Below, piece by piece: positions 39,340 through 48,149 of a DNA stretch of 64,000 nucleotides; the stretch's first letter is position 1, and each line of letters begins with the position of its first letter. The position numbers and the translations under genes are program-made. The stretch is taken from positions 1-64,000 of the IMG/VR virus record IMGVR_UViG_3300042894_004034. One strand, given 5' to 3'. The notes under the pieces were generated by a model. That model was given only the letters and a program-made list of their open reading frames with translations, had not been told where the DNA came from and made no database searches. Source of the stretch: a virus (Duplodnaviria > Heunggongvirae > Uroviricota > Caudoviricetes).

Positions 39340-40104
39340 ATGCAGAAAACTTATCGCAGTATCTTTATCTCAGATGTACATCTTGGTACCAGAGACTGCC
39401 AAGCAGAGAAACTCAACAACTTTCTAAAAAACAACACCTGCGAGACCCTGTATCTTGTGGGAGACATAATAGATGCCTGGCGCATACAACAAAACAAGTG
39501 GCGTTGGAAACAGAGCCATACCAACGTGGTACGCAGAGTGCTAGGTCATGCCAAGCGTGGTACTAGAGTTGTGTATGTGGCCGGCAACCATGACGAATTT
39601 CTAAGGCCCATGATACCATATGGATTTAGTTTCGGACATGTTGAAATACACAATCAGATAGAACACATAGGTGCAGATGGCAATCATTATCTGGTGGTGC
39701 ATGGTGACTTGTTTGATGGCATCACCAGACTGGCGCCCTGGATAGCATTTCTTGGAGATCGAGCATATGATATCATTCTTTCTGTCAACAGCAAGTTCAA
39801 TTGGATACGTCGCCGTATGGGTTTTGGGTACTTTAGCCTTAGCAAGTTTCTTAAGCACAAGGTCAAAAAAGCAGTAGACTTCATGTTCAAGTTTGAAGAA
39901 AATCTAGCAGGCTACTGCAAGAAGCGTGGCTTTGATGGAGTCATCTGTGGACACATACACCACGCAGAGATCAAAGAGATCAACGGAGTTACATACATGA
40001 ATGATGGCGACTGGGTTGAATCATGCACAGCCCTGGTAGAACATCATGATGGTGCATGGGAAATAGTTACTTGGACCCGGGAGACAGACCATGAAAATCA
40101 GTGA
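39340..40104 (+). CDS. LpxH-like metallophosphoesterase (UDP-2,3-diacylglucosamine hydrolase family)
   Basis: N-terminal SIFISDVHLG...LYLVGDIIDAW pattern of the LpxH/YaeI family. GNHD, GHIHH motifs. Confidence 0.55.
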   Translation: MQKTYRSIFISDVHLGTRDCQAEKLNNFLKNNTCETLYLVGDIIDAWRIQQNKWRWKQSHTNVVRRVLGHAKRGTRVVYVAGNHDEFLRPMIPYGFSFGHVEIHNQIEHIGADGNHYLVVHGDLFDGITRLAPWIAFLGDRAYDIILSVNSKFNWIRRRMGFGYFSLSKFLKHKVKKAVDFMFKFEENLAGYCKKRGFDGVICGHIHHAEIKEINGVTYMNDGDWVESCTALVEHHDGAWEIVTWTRETDHENQ

Positions 40105-40801
40105 CAAAATCACTATAGTAGTGCCTTGCAAGAATGAAGAGGCATATATTCATCATTTGCTAGATGCTTTGCGAGCACAGAACATAGGTGATACTAGAGT
40201 TATCATTGCTGACTGTTCAACTGATACAACTAGACAAGTTATACAGGACAACAGTTGGGAATTGAATGTTGAAATAATCGACGGCGGTCCTGTGTCTATG
40301 GCCAAGAACAACGGAGCACGACTAGCCACTACCCCATACATCTTGTTCATTGATGCTGATGTGCGTTTTTTCAAATACGATGTGATCCGTGATGCTGTGG
40401 ATAAAATTGAATCTATGAACCTGGATCTTGTGGGTCTGAACATCAAGTGTTATGATCAAGACCTTAGAGCAAAAGCAGGATTTGTTGTGTTCAACACCAT
40501 AAATCATGCGCTGAAATATTTCTCTCCTTTTGCAGTTGGAGCGTTCATGCTCACACGTAGAGATCGGTTTGAAGAATATGGCGGTTTCCCTGAAAACTTT
40601 TCCACCAGCGAAGATTACTTTTTGTCCAGAAAATACAGCCCTCGAAAGTTTAGAATCATCCGACACCACCTTGGACAGGATAGTCGTAGATTCAAAAAGA
40701 TGGGCTACATGGGCATGGCCAAGTACCTTGTGAAAAACTTTGTGAATCGCAACAACAAACAATACTGGGACAGCCTAGACAACAGCAAGTACTGGAGTTG
40801 A
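40091..40801 (+). CDS. family 2 glycosyltransferase
   Basis: ITIVVPCKNEE start. DxD-like FIDADV. Confidence 0.6.
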   Translation: MKISDKITIVVPCKNEEAYIHHLLDALRAQNIGDTRVIIADCSTDTTRQVIQDNSWELNVEIIDGGPVSMAKNNGARLATTPYILFIDADVRFFKYDVIRDAVDKIESMNLDLVGLNIKCYDQDLRAKAGFVVFNTINHALKYFSPFAVGAFMLTRRDRFEEYGGFPENFSTSEDYFLSRKYSPRKFRIIRHHLGQDSRRFKKMGYMGMAKYLVKNFVNRNNKQYWDSLDNSKYWS

Positions 40802-40823
40802 AATTGAGTATTGTTTAGCGATT

Positions 40824-41486
40824 TTGCAGCTAAATAGCTCTATGAGAGCAAACGAATTTCTTAATGAAGGTACCGCACATCCAGTTATTGTAGTGGATGT
40901 GCAACCCGAGTATTCAGGCATGCATGATGGGGATGAAAGTGCTGTTTTTCCGCAAATTATAAACTTTGTCAACAAGCAAACTGGCCCTGTGTTGATGTTT
41001 GTCAATGCAGAAGATCAAGGACTCAGTGGTGATACTGTGGCTGCGATTCAAACATACTGGGAAGATACCATTGATCCAGACTGGTACGACAACAACCCTG
41101 ATGTTAATCCCATTAACTGGAGCCGCTTTCAAATAGTGGACAAAGGCTATGGATACTTCCGTGGATGGATGGATGCTGGTATAGAACCGGCTACTATTAT
41201 TGCTACCATACGTGAGTTATATCAACAACACAAAAGCGACAGCAGAGAATTGCAGTTTCCTCCATTCAACAAACGCACGCCACAGCAGTCCTTGATCCAG
41301 GGTGCTATGGAAGAATTAAATGATGAACCTCTGACAGTAAACTGGACTAGTGTGGCACAATTAAAACGATTTAGTGGTGCTTACCTGGTAGGCGGTGCTA
41401 GAGATCAATGTTTACGAGAAGTTGAATTGTTGATGAATGCGTTTAATATTCGTTACAAACGCATAGACAGTTTGGTGTACACATGA
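40824..41486 (+). CDS. hypothetical protein
   Basis: ORF. Confidence 0.4.
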   Translation: MQLNSSMRANEFLNEGTAHPVIVVDVQPEYSGMHDGDESAVFPQIINFVNKQTGPVLMFVNAEDQGLSGDTVAAIQTYWEDTIDPDWYDNNPDVNPINWSRFQIVDKGYGYFRGWMDAGIEPATIIATIRELYQQHKSDSRELQFPPFNKRTPQQSLIQGAMEELNDEPLTVNWTSVAQLKRFSGAYLVGGARDQCLREVELLMNAFNIRYKRIDSLVYT

Positions 41487-42379
41487 GAGCACAAGAATTC
41501 CTAGCAGAAGCAGCCACCGCAGTGGTGTACCATTATGCAGGTATAGGTGCAGCAGCCAAAATACTCACCAGCGGTGTATTTCAACTCAGCAGCGTGACCG
41601 GCAACAAGAGTGAAGAAATGTATGCTCCCCCGGGATATCTTTATTTTTTAAGTACCACACGCAGTCGAGTGGGCGACTATCATAGATATGTTGGCACAGG
41701 CGGTGTGATGTTTGTGATCGACGGCACCTGGTTGAATCGCAACTACAAGACTCGACCTATGGACTACTGGGAACGTGCGTGGTTGCACAGCGACGGTGCT
41801 AGAAGTCGCGAAAGCGAAGACCGTGTGTTTAGTCGTGAGCCCGAAATCTCAATTGAAGGTGTGACAGCGGTACATGTGCTGCTGAAAGAACAAAGTGAAT
41901 ATCGCAGCCCTGAAGCCAGAACAGTGTTGATTGCTGCAAAGAAGCGTGGTATCCCTGCGTATTTTTACACAGACGAAACTGCCTGGCGTCTGCAAGACAC
42001 ACGCAAGACGGTGAGCCCAGCCTCAGCAGCGGCCGTACTCAAGGGCGCACAACCCAGGGGTGTTACACCCAGCAGGCCACCAACTATGTATCTGGAACCG
42101 TGGCTGGAACTGATCTACAAAAACAACAAGTCAGAATTGTCTCCACGTGCAGAAAAACTACGACATGATCTGGTGTACTATGGATCAAGATATCCTGATG
42201 AGGATAGCGGACTGGGAGTGGACATGGGCAATGCTCGCAAGCCCAACAGTTCAGACTATCCCACAGCAGTCAAGATCAACAACTACATGCGTAAGAACAA
42301 ATTCCCAACCACTGTTGCACTCAAAAATGCCATGGTGGACAAGTGGGACAAGATCAACACACCCACGGTACAATCGTGA
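41483..42379 (+). CDS. hypothetical protein
   Basis: ORF. Confidence 0.4.
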   Translation: MRAQEFLAEAATAVVYHYAGIGAAAKILTSGVFQLSSVTGNKSEEMYAPPGYLYFLSTTRSRVGDYHRYVGTGGVMFVIDGTWLNRNYKTRPMDYWERAWLHSDGARSRESEDRVFSREPEISIEGVTAVHVLLKEQSEYRSPEARTVLIAAKKRGIPAYFYTDETAWRLQDTRKTVSPASAAAVLKGAQPRGVTPSRPPTMYLEPWLELIYKNNKSELSPRAEKLRHDLVYYGSRYPDEDSGLGVDMGNARKPNSSDYPTAVKINNYMRKNKFPTTVALKNAMVDKWDKINTPTVQS

Positions 42380-42401
42380 GATAACCCCTTGCGGGGTTAT
42401 C
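42380..42401. other. perfect 9-bp hairpin between convergent genes (possible bidirectional terminator, no U-tract)
   Basis: GATAACCCC-TTGC-GGGGTTATC. Confidence 0.35.
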
Positions 42402-42418
42402 AAAAGTTCAGTTGATAA

Positions 42419-42655
42419 TTAGACTGGCTTTTTGGCAGCAGGCTTTTTTGCAGCTGGCTTTTTGGGCTTGGGAGCAGCTTTCTTTGCAGCCGCTGGTTCA
42501 GCAACTATTGGCGCAGTGACTGGTGCAACTTCGGCGTGTGTCCATGGTGCTTCTATCTTGTACGGTGCCTGGGCTTCTGGAGCAGGTTTGCCCAGAAAGA
42601 ATTGTTTGATTTTTGTAAACATAAGTTCTCCTATGAAATATTTACCAACGTTCAT
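42419..42655 (-). CDS. small protein with Lys/Ala/Pro-rich histone H1-like C-terminal tail
   Basis: ...AAKKAAPKPKKPAAKKPAAKKPV. Confidence 0.5.
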   Translation of the reverse strand: MNVGKYFIGELMFTKIKQFFLGKPAPEAQAPYKIEAPWTHAEVAPVTAPIVAEPAAAKKAAPKPKKPAAKKPAAKKPV

Positions 42656-43083
42656 TGTATAACAAACTTATTTGATTTTTGTCGATTTTCAGTAAAAGTT
42701 GTTACTCGTAAATTATGTTCTACATGCAGTCCGCACACTAATTTATTAGTCAATGGCACAATGTGATCAACTTCGTGTTTTACACCAGTTGAAATAGTTA
42801 ATCCTGCCGCTTCTTCATATATTGATCGAATTGCTGTTTTATTTGCCCAAGCTGGCATAGCGTTTTTAGTTCTTTTTTGTTTTTCAATTGACCATTGGCG
42901 ATGGTATGCAACAATTTCTTCTTTTGATCGGTCGGGCTCATTAAGTGTCCCCCATCTCATTTTTGCAGAATACCTAGCCTGATGACTTGTACAGCAGCAG
43001 TTACGCCGCCAATTAGAAAAAGGTTTATTACATTCGGGCAATGCACAGTGTTGAATTTCAGGAAGGGCATTGTTTAATGTCAT
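42652..43083 (-). CDS. HNH endonuclease with N-terminal Cys-rich zinc finger
   Basis: HEVDHIVP...GLHVEHNLRV...EN H-N-H core. N-terminal CALPECN...CCC. Confidence 0.6.
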   Translation of the reverse strand: MTLNNALPEIQHCALPECNKPFSNWRRNCCCTSHQARYSAKMRWGTLNEPDRSKEEIVAYHRQWSIEKQKRTKNAMPAWANKTAIRSIYEEAAGLTISTGVKHEVDHIVPLTNKLVCGLHVEHNLRVTTFTENRQKSNKFVIQ

Positions 43084-43195
43084 ACTTTATTTACCCAAAT
43101 TGGCATAATACCGCCGTAAAATGTTGCCCTGCAGCAATTTGTCATATATAATAGCATGCTAGGATGCTGCATAGGGCGGGTCCGGCTAGTAAATT

Positions 43196-43498
43196 TTGTC
43201 TAAAGGAAAAATTATGTTTACATCAGAAGCAATCATCGACGCCGTACAAAACGGTAAAAAAACTTTCGTCAACACATTCGTCACAAACGAAGCTGTGAAA
43301 GAAGCCATGGTCAACTTTGTTGACACTCAAGCTGAATACACCAAAAAAGCAGTCAAGGTTGGTCAAGACACTGCCGCAGTGTTGGCCAGCGAAATGGTCA
43401 AGACCATGCAACAAGCTACCAAATTTGACTACAGCAAGTTTGGTGAAGGTATCATGAAGGCCTACCAGACCACACAAAAGCCTGCCAAAGGAGCCTAA
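43196..43498 (+). CDS. phasin-like small protein (tentative)
   Basis: MFTSEAIIDAVQNGKKTFVN...VKEAMVNFVD resembles the phasin_2 N-terminal pattern. SD AAAGGAAAA. Confidence 0.3.
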   Translation: MSKGKIMFTSEAIIDAVQNGKKTFVNTFVTNEAVKEAMVNFVDTQAEYTKKAVKVGQDTAAVLASEMVKTMQQATKFDYSKFGEGIMKAYQTTQKPAKGA

Positions 43499-43690
43499 AT
43501 GCTGCTAGACGCCAGTGTATCGACTGCACAAGACCAGCAGCCTACAGGGCTGTCTGAGTTTTGGATCTGGGTAAAGCGCACGTTCACTGACCCTTACCGG
43601 GACGAAATCAACACGTATCTGGCACAATCAATTGATCATGCCGACGTTGAACGTAGAATAAAAGTGCTCATGAAAAGAGGCATGCTCTAA
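43499..43690 (+). CDS. hypothetical small protein
   Basis: ATG overlaps upstream stop (TAAATG). Confidence 0.4.
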   Translation: MLLDASVSTAQDQQPTGLSEFWIWVKRTFTDPYRDEINTYLAQSIDHADVERRIKVLMKRGML

Positions 43691-43706
43691 ACAGGTCACA
43701 GCAGAG

Positions 43707-43735
43707 TTGACCAATAATCCGGTTAGTGTTATAAT
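43707..43735 (+). promoter_or_regulatory. conserved sigma70-type promoter, family copy 4 (diverged spacer), -10 inside a hairpin loop
   Basis: TTGACCAATAATCCGGTTAGTGTTATAAT. Confidence 0.5.
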
Positions 43736-43760
43736 AACAGCACTAACCGGATTTCTTTTG
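43719..43760 (+). terminator. hairpin plus T-tract (terminator for 43499..43690) overlapping promoter copy 4
   Basis: CCGGTTAGTG...CACTAACCGG 10-bp stem, then ATTTCTTTTG. Confidence 0.5.
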
Positions 43761-43765
43761 AACTT

Positions 43766-43921
43766 ATGAAACCTTTATCTTTTGTGATACAGTTGCCTAG
43801 ACAGCGCAGACGTGCTGTGGAACTGTATAGTCGCGACACGCCGTTTCGTAGCCGAACAGAAAAAAGCCGTGTGCAATATCAGCGCCGTGCCAAACATCCG
43901 GGACAAGATCTTGATCGCTGA
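43766..43921 (+). CDS. ArfA-like (alternative ribosome-rescue factor A) small basic protein, 51 aa (tentative)
   Basis: AVELYSRDTPFRSRTEKSRVQYQRRAKH aligns with E. coli ArfA [31 protein letters not shown]. Not in the ORF table. Confidence 0.35.
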   Translation: MKPLSFVIQLPRQRRRAVELYSRDTPFRSRTEKSRVQYQRRAKHPGQDLDR

Positions 43922-44150
43922 ACAAGACCTCAATCAAGATCTAGGTGCAGGGCGCCGCTTTGCTGTGGCACCGTCAGAACTGGGCTTTGGCCACAGGCTG
44001 GTCATACTCAGTGACTTTGCGTACTGGGTTGAGCATGATGCTGAACTGGTTGCCTGGTGTGAGCGCAACAATGCTATCCTTGAAGGAGCCACTGTTGAAC
44101 TTGCAACTGACCAAGACCTTGTGATGTTTTTACTACGGTGGAGCCCATGA
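43812..44150 (+). CDS. hypothetical protein (start uncertain; overlaps the ArfA-like ORF in another frame)
   Basis: GTG start in the table. An in-frame TTG at 43911 is an alternative. Confidence 0.3.
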   Translation: MLWNCIVATRRFVAEQKKAVCNISAVPNIRDKILIAEQDLNQDLGAGRRFAVAPSELGFGHRLVILSDFAYWVEHDAELVAWCERNNAILEGATVELATDQDLVMFLLRWSP

Positions 44151-44371
44151 AAAAACTCTTGATACCCATAGCAGCTCTGGTTCTAAGTGGCTGCATGTCC
44201 ATTGTGCAAAGATCACCTCCTGTGGATGTGAGTCTGATACCCAATGATTGTGCCAATCAACAGCGTATTGTGCGCTGGTTAGAAAATCAAAGCCGAGGAG
44301 AATGGAATGAACAAGTCGCTCAAATCAAAGCACGTATTTGGCATCTTCGTTACACTTGCAATCCTGTGTAG
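44138..44371 (+). CDS. small lipoprotein
   Basis: MEPMKKLLIPIAALVLSGC lipobox. Confidence 0.5.
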   Translation: MEPMKKLLIPIAALVLSGCMSIVQRSPPVDVSLIPNDCANQQRIVRWLENQSRGEWNEQVAQIKARIWHLRYTCNPV

Positions 44372-44642
44372 CGGATGTGCTTCAAACTCACAGCAGCCCA
44401 TGGCCGCATATGACCTGGATTATTTTCAGATCACATGTTCCCAAAAGGCACAACAGATTGCCATGTTGCAAAGTATGCGCAGCACCAGAGATGACAGACT
44501 GTTTGCACGGGCCAGCAATGCACTACAACCCTGGTTGATAATTACCAACCCAGGTCAGTACAATGAAAATATATCACGTGGGTCAAGTCGTACAGATTGG
44601 CTGCTGAATCAGAAACTCATGGAGTTAGCACAATGTCCATGA
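44307..44642 (+). CDS. lipoprotein
   Basis: Signal peptide with lipobox LCSGC. Confidence 0.5.
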   Translation: MNKSLKSKHVFGIFVTLAILCSGCASNSQQPMAAYDLDYFQITCSQKAQQIAMLQSMRSTRDDRLFARASNALQPWLIITNPGQYNENISRGSSRTDWLLNQKLMELAQCP

Positions 44643-45202
44643 AAACCATAATATATGGCCTGGCGCTGGTCACAGCAGCAGCACAAGCCGACCAGTGTGT
44701 GCTGCAAGACAAAACAGTTTTACACAGTGCCGTGACTGTGGCAGAACGCACCAAGATCACGGCCACAGTTGTGCCCGAACCCACAGGTGGCAAAAGATGT
44801 CTGGTAAACTTTCAGGCCAGAGTTGGTGCCATCTGGTACACCGCATTTGGTGAATATGCCTGGTCTGGAGACACACCAAGAGATCAAGCCTGTGCAGCAG
44901 CCACACGTCGAGCCGATGATTCAGTAAGAGAACAAGTGAGTTCCAGCAGAGTAATTTCGGAAAAGGTTTTGATTTGCCGGGATGATCCTACTCTAAATAC
45001 TCTGCGACAAGTGAATCCAGGTGTCACCGGAGAACTGGCACAATTCAGACCACACCCAGACTATGCCACTGAATTCTGGCACAACGGAACCCAGTGTCGT
45101 TGGTTCCTGGACACAGGATATATCGTGCGTGATGTGCGTACATGGCAAGGTATTATTTGTAAAATCCATGACTCAAAATGGGTAGTGATTGACAAATTTT
45201 AG
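44597..45202 (+). CDS. secreted protein (signal peptide, Cys-rich)
   Basis: MSMKTIIYGLALVTAAAQA signal peptide. Confidence 0.5.
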   Translation: MAAESETHGVSTMSMKTIIYGLALVTAAAQADQCVLQDKTVLHSAVTVAERTKITATVVPEPTGGKRCLVNFQARVGAIWYTAFGEYAWSGDTPRDQACAAATRRADDSVREQVSSSRVISEKVLICRDDPTLNTLRQVNPGVTGELAQFRPHPDYATEFWHNGTQCRWFLDTGYIVRDVRTWQGIICKIHDSKWVVIDKF

Positions 45203-45210
45203 AATCAGAC

Positions 45211-45239
45211 TTGACCTAAATTCAATCTTGTGTTATAGT
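45211..45239 (+). promoter_or_regulatory. sigma70-like promoter TTGACC-17-TATAGT
   Basis: Upstream of the entericidin-like ORF. Confidence 0.35.
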
Positions 45240-45268
45240 TACGTATCAATAACTTTTTAGGATTTTGT

Positions 45269-45391
45269 ATGAAATACATTTTGACATGCATGGTTGCTCT
45301 GGTTCTTTGTGCCTGCGGCACAGTGGGTGGAGCAGTAAGTGGAGCTGGGGCTGATCTTGGCAAGGCCGGCGAGTGGATTAAATCTAAATAA
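45269..45391 (+). CDS. entericidin-like small lipoprotein (40 aa)
   Basis: MKYILTCMVALVLCACGTVGGAVSGAGADLGKAGEWIKSK: lipobox plus Gly-rich amphipathic tail like EcnA/EcnB. Not in the ORF table. Confidence 0.4.
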   Translation: MKYILTCMVALVLCACGTVGGAVSGAGADLGKAGEWIKSK

Positions 45392-45399
45392 GGATCAAT

Positions 45400-45972
45400 A
45401 TGAAATATTTTATTGCATTGGTTACTGTGGCCTTGTTGGCCGCATGTGGCTCAACCCCCAAAGAACAGTACGAACGGCGTGCCTATGAAGAACGTCAGCG
45501 ACAAGAAAAAGCAGTGACATCTGCTATTGATCGAGCACCTAAATGGATGACTGAACTGCCTGTGAGTAACAGTGCAGTGTATGCCAATGGCAGTGCAGTC
45601 AGCACAGACATGAGCATGGCAGACTACAAGGCCAAGCTGTTTGCGTATGGCAAGATTTGCATGGCAGCAGGCGGAAAAGTCAGTCAGCAATCCAAGATTT
45701 TTATGATGGACACATCTGAAGCCAGCCACGAAACCAGTGAAATTGCCATTCGCGGCATGTGCCCAGGCGTGGATATTACCGGGGTCGAAACCAAAGAAAT
45801 CAAGCGAGTTGCTGATGGCACCAGATTCCGTAGCTATGTGCTGGTGGCCCTGCCAACAGGTGATGCCAATGTGCTGAAAAAACGTCAGGATCAGATACGA
45901 CTGCAAGCACAAGCCCAGGGTCGTAGCCAACAAGCGTTTGAAGAACTGGACACTGTAACACAAAAGCAATAA
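45400..45972 (+). CDS. lipoprotein
   Basis: Lipobox LLAACGS. SD AAGGA. Confidence 0.5.
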   Translation: MKYFIALVTVALLAACGSTPKEQYERRAYEERQRQEKAVTSAIDRAPKWMTELPVSNSAVYANGSAVSTDMSMADYKAKLFAYGKICMAAGGKVSQQSKIFMMDTSEASHETSEIAIRGMCPGVDITGVETKEIKRVADGTRFRSYVLVALPTGDANVLKKRQDQIRLQAQAQGRSQQAFEELDTVTQKQ

Positions 45973-45996
45973 TCTGCGATAATATACGCATAAATA

Positions 45997-46022
45997 AAAG
46001 CAGTCCACTCGGGCTGCTTTTT
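45997..46022 (+). terminator. rho-independent terminator
   Basis: GCAGTCC/GGGCTGC stem, loop ACTC, then TTTTT. Confidence 0.55.
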
Positions 46023-46035
46023 CCACTACAAATTT

Positions 46036-46608
46036 ATGGCCACAGAAACTGAAAATCTAGATCAATCACACACCCAACGGCTGGCCGACTCAGGCATGCT
46101 GGTACTCATGGGTGAAATAGACCATGACAGTATCAAACCAGTGATAGAGTGGATTCTGCATGAAAACTATGTGGTCAAGAAAAAGCGCAAAGAACTCCTG
46201 CTGATGATCTGCTCAGAAGGTGGAGACATGAGTGCTGCCTTTGCACTAATTGATGTCATGCGCAGCAGTGCTATTGCGGTCAAAACAGTGGGACTGGGAC
46301 AGATTGCCAGTGCAGGACTCTTGATATTTCTAGCAGGTTCCCCGGGACGTAGAATCCTTACTCCCAACACCAGTATCCTGAGTCACCAGTTCAGCTGGGG
46401 CAGCGATGGCAAGGTGCATGAATTGTTTGCTACCATGCGTGAATTTGAGCTTACACAAAAGCGCATGATACAGCACTACCGGGACTGTACCGGGCTTGAT
46501 GATGAAACTGTTCGGGCCAAGCTGTTGCCACCACATGATGTTTGGCTTGATGCTACTCAGGCTCTGGAACTGCACATCTGCGATGCAATATCCACACTGG
46601 GACGTTAA
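46036..46608 (+). CDS. ClpP-family (S14) serine protease, second divergent copy (possible prohead/maturation protease)
   Basis: GQIASAGLL (Ser) and LSHQF (His) positioned as in the ClpP catalytic triad. 190 aa. Confidence 0.6.
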   Translation: MATETENLDQSHTQRLADSGMLVLMGEIDHDSIKPVIEWILHENYVVKKKRKELLLMICSEGGDMSAAFALIDVMRSSAIAVKTVGLGQIASAGLLIFLAGSPGRRILTPNTSILSHQFSWGSDGKVHELFATMREFELTQKRMIQHYRDCTGLDDETVRAKLLPPHDVWLDATQALELHICDAISTLGR

Positions 46609-48149
46609 CGACGCTCGCGCCCTAGGGTGGCACGATCCATTCTGGGTTCGCGATTTGTCTTTGCTGCTCGTGCACCAGGACCCGATAGTCTTGGTGTGCC
46701 GGTAACTGCATCTAGATCTTCGGCACCAGTAGCAGCTGGAGCATTGTCCCAACTGGCTTTTCGGTATTCGGTGAGTTTTTCCAACAGCGGACCCTTTTCA
46801 ATGTAAGTGCGAACATAGATACCGCCCTTGGGTTTGTTCTCTACTTTCATCCTGATGGTCAGCAGTTTATTATTAGGGTTATCGCGTTCATGAATGACCA
46901 CTTCTGGCCAAGTTTTTTTATCAACGTAAGTGGCTTCAAGATCTGTATTCTTTAATTTTTCAACCAGCTTGTTGAATCTCAAAATCTTGAATCCACCATC
47001 GCTGAAGTCCACCAGTTCAACATTGGGATCGCCCAGTGTAGCAAAGTGTGTGATACCAGTGGCAATGGCATCAATTATGTTGGCTTCATCTTCAGGTCTG
47101 GCGTTTTTCAATTTGTTGTCTAGTTCGGTAGCAGCATATTGATATATTTGTTTGAATGCATCTCTTGTTGCTGTTGGTGAATTGGATTTCATTGCCTTGG
47201 TAAATTTGGCCAACGCAGAACTTGCATCAACACCAAAATAATTCCACAAGATCTGTTGGGTTTCTGCACTGTCGCCACCCACTTGTCCAAACTGTTTAAT
47301 ACCACCTACCTTGAGACTGGTATTGAGTCTAAGTTTACGTGGCTGGCCATTTTCATCAGTGACAAACACCCACACATCGGTCTTTTGTTCTGTTTCACCT
47401 GTGACGCCATCGGCCATGATCACGATCTGATCTGACCTGCCATTGATATAAAAATACTTGCTGTATCGTTCAGCGTCCGAACTGTTGACATAAGCAGCGG
47501 CACTGGAGAATTCACTGGCCAACAGCGGTCGCTTGGCAGGATCCATGAGATCCTGATACGGCCCGGATTTAAGTCTCAGCACAAACGAAATCACATCCGC
47601 ATGTTCATTATCAAAATCTTCCACTTCCACTTGATATTGATCCTCACCGGTTTGCTTTAAACTGTCAAGCACATTGCCGATGTCCTGAGCGGTCACTGTG
47701 CCGATATCTTCGTCAGATTCACGTTTGGTGAATTTAGCAAACATAGCAGCGCCCAGAATACCTTCGGCTGTTTCGCCGCGATTGGCAATTTTCCCAACAT
47801 CGTCGTCGGCAGTGGCTCCAGTATACACATTAAACGCTGCCCCAATGGTACTAGAACTGCCAACAATCAAAACAGACTGTCCAGCATTATTGGAAAAAAT
47901 ATAACCGTCGCCGCCTTTTCCATATGTAACTGTGGGGAGATTTAAGATATCTTTTTCGCTCAATTCTGTGTCGTCTTGCCTGGTCAATGGCGGAGTAGCA
48001 TCAAATCCTTGTTGCTGCAACAATGTCAGTAACTTTTTTCCAGCTTCTGACCCTGTGGAAACAGAAAATTGAGTGCCAGGTCCATATTTGGGTTTACTGA
48101 TGGTCACCTCAGTTATTATGCTGTCAAGTACGTTGATTAAATCTCTCAT
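46605..48149 (-). CDS. large hypothetical protein ending in LGRERR (virion-associated?)
   Basis: Start taken at ATG 48149 (MRDLINVL); the table ORF extends to 48260. C-terminus ...ATLGRERR. Confidence 0.45.
   Translation of the reverse strand: MRDLINVLDSIITEVTISKPKYGPGTQFSVSTGSEAGKKLLTLLQQQGFDATPPLTRQDDTELSEKDILNLPTVTYGKGGDGYIFSNNAGQSVLIVGSSSTIGAAFNVYTGATADDDVGKIANRGETAEGILGAAMFAKFTKRESDEDIGTVTAQDIGNVLDSLKQTGEDQYQVEVEDFDNEHADVISFVLRLKSGPYQDLMDPAKRPLLASEFSSAAAYVNSSDAERYSKYFYINGRSDQIVIMADGVTGETEQKTDVWVFVTDENGQPRKLRLNTSLKVGGIKQFGQVGGDSAETQQILWNYFGVDASSALAKFTKAMKSNSPTATRDAFKQIYQYAATELDNKLKNARPEDEANIIDAIATGITHFATLGDPNVELVDFSDGGFKILRFNKLVEKLKNTDLEATYVDKKTWPEVVIHERDNPNNKLLTIRMKVENKPKGGIYVRTYIEKGPLLEKLTEYRKASWDNAPAATGAEDLDAVTGTPRLSGPGARAAKTNREPRMDRATLGRERR

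Noticed and set aside
42432-42662. + strand Gly/Ala-rich ORF opposite the K/A/P-rich gene.
   Set aside because: It is a compositional mirror of the minus-strand repeat-encoding gene. The minus-strand gene has the better context, being co-oriented with the HNH gene.
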